Made by a program: the position numbers and the translations under genes
DNA from: Octopus sinensis
Lineage: Eukaryota
Assembly: GCF_006345805.1 (NCBI RefSeq)
Contig: NC_043024.1
Location: 18,972,001-19,036,000 of the forward strand
DNA: 64,000 nt
Direction of reading: 5' to 3'
Shown: positions 63,727-64,000 of the stretch, one piece after another
Layout of the letters: each line of letters begins with the position of its first letter
Position numbering within the stretch: the stretch's first letter is position 1
The notes under the pieces: model-generated
The model's database searches: none
The model's input: the letters and a program-made list of their open reading frames with translations, nothing else
Told to the model about the DNA's origin: nothing

Positions 63727-64000
63727 ATGACCAAATACTGCATGTACTCCATCCCATGCAGTTGTGGTAGGTTATACAGAGGTAAAACATGCCACCTCCT
63801 CAAAATAGGGGTAGAGGAACATTGCAAAGCTGTGACATGAGGAGATATTGATAAATCGGGTATAGCTGATCATGTATGGAAAAATGGAGACCTCCTCCCC
63901 CTGTGGGATGAAGTTAAAATAATAGACAGAGAACACCACTGGAAAATATGAAAACTAAAAGAAGGCGCACATATGCTAGGACACAACAACCTCTTAATCA
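63727..64000 (+). pseudogene. Penelope-like GIY-YIG endonuclease fragment
   Basis: MTKYCMYSIPCSCGRLYRGKT..LKIGVEEHCKAVT*GDIDKSGIADHVW..WDEVKIIDRE..KLKE; the two TGA stops fit CGA decay; runs off the window end. Confidence 0.85.

Overview
Eukaryotic, AT-rich, non-coding DNA. It is almost certainly from an octopod cephalopod (Octopus sp.), inferred from recognisable octopus-type tRNA-derived SINE families and extreme microsatellite density. I find no intact protein-coding gene or credible host exon, so this is an intergenic or deep-intronic window. The long ORFs in the track are translations of simple repeats or satellites. Content: about 20 copies of SINE family A; many copies of SINE family B, including TSD-bounded tandem multimers; an RTE-type 3'-tail family that has grown a 125-bp higher-order satellite; and Helentron/HINE-like non-autonomous elements and foldback MITEs. 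There are also fossil fragments of mariner (DD34D) and maT-type (DD37D) transposases, CR1, RTE/RTE-X and R4/Dong-like LINEs, and three Penelope-like GIY-YIG endonucleases. The least obvious signal is a set of nine minimal type-I hammerhead-ribozyme-like motifs in several distinct short element families, mostly sitting in (TA)n tracts. One family has a 361-bp tandem unit and covarying stems (retrozyme-like). Another consistently carries a non-canonical CUGU-N-GA core. All structure calls were made by eye; none were computed. Family labels A-F and H1-H4 are my own.
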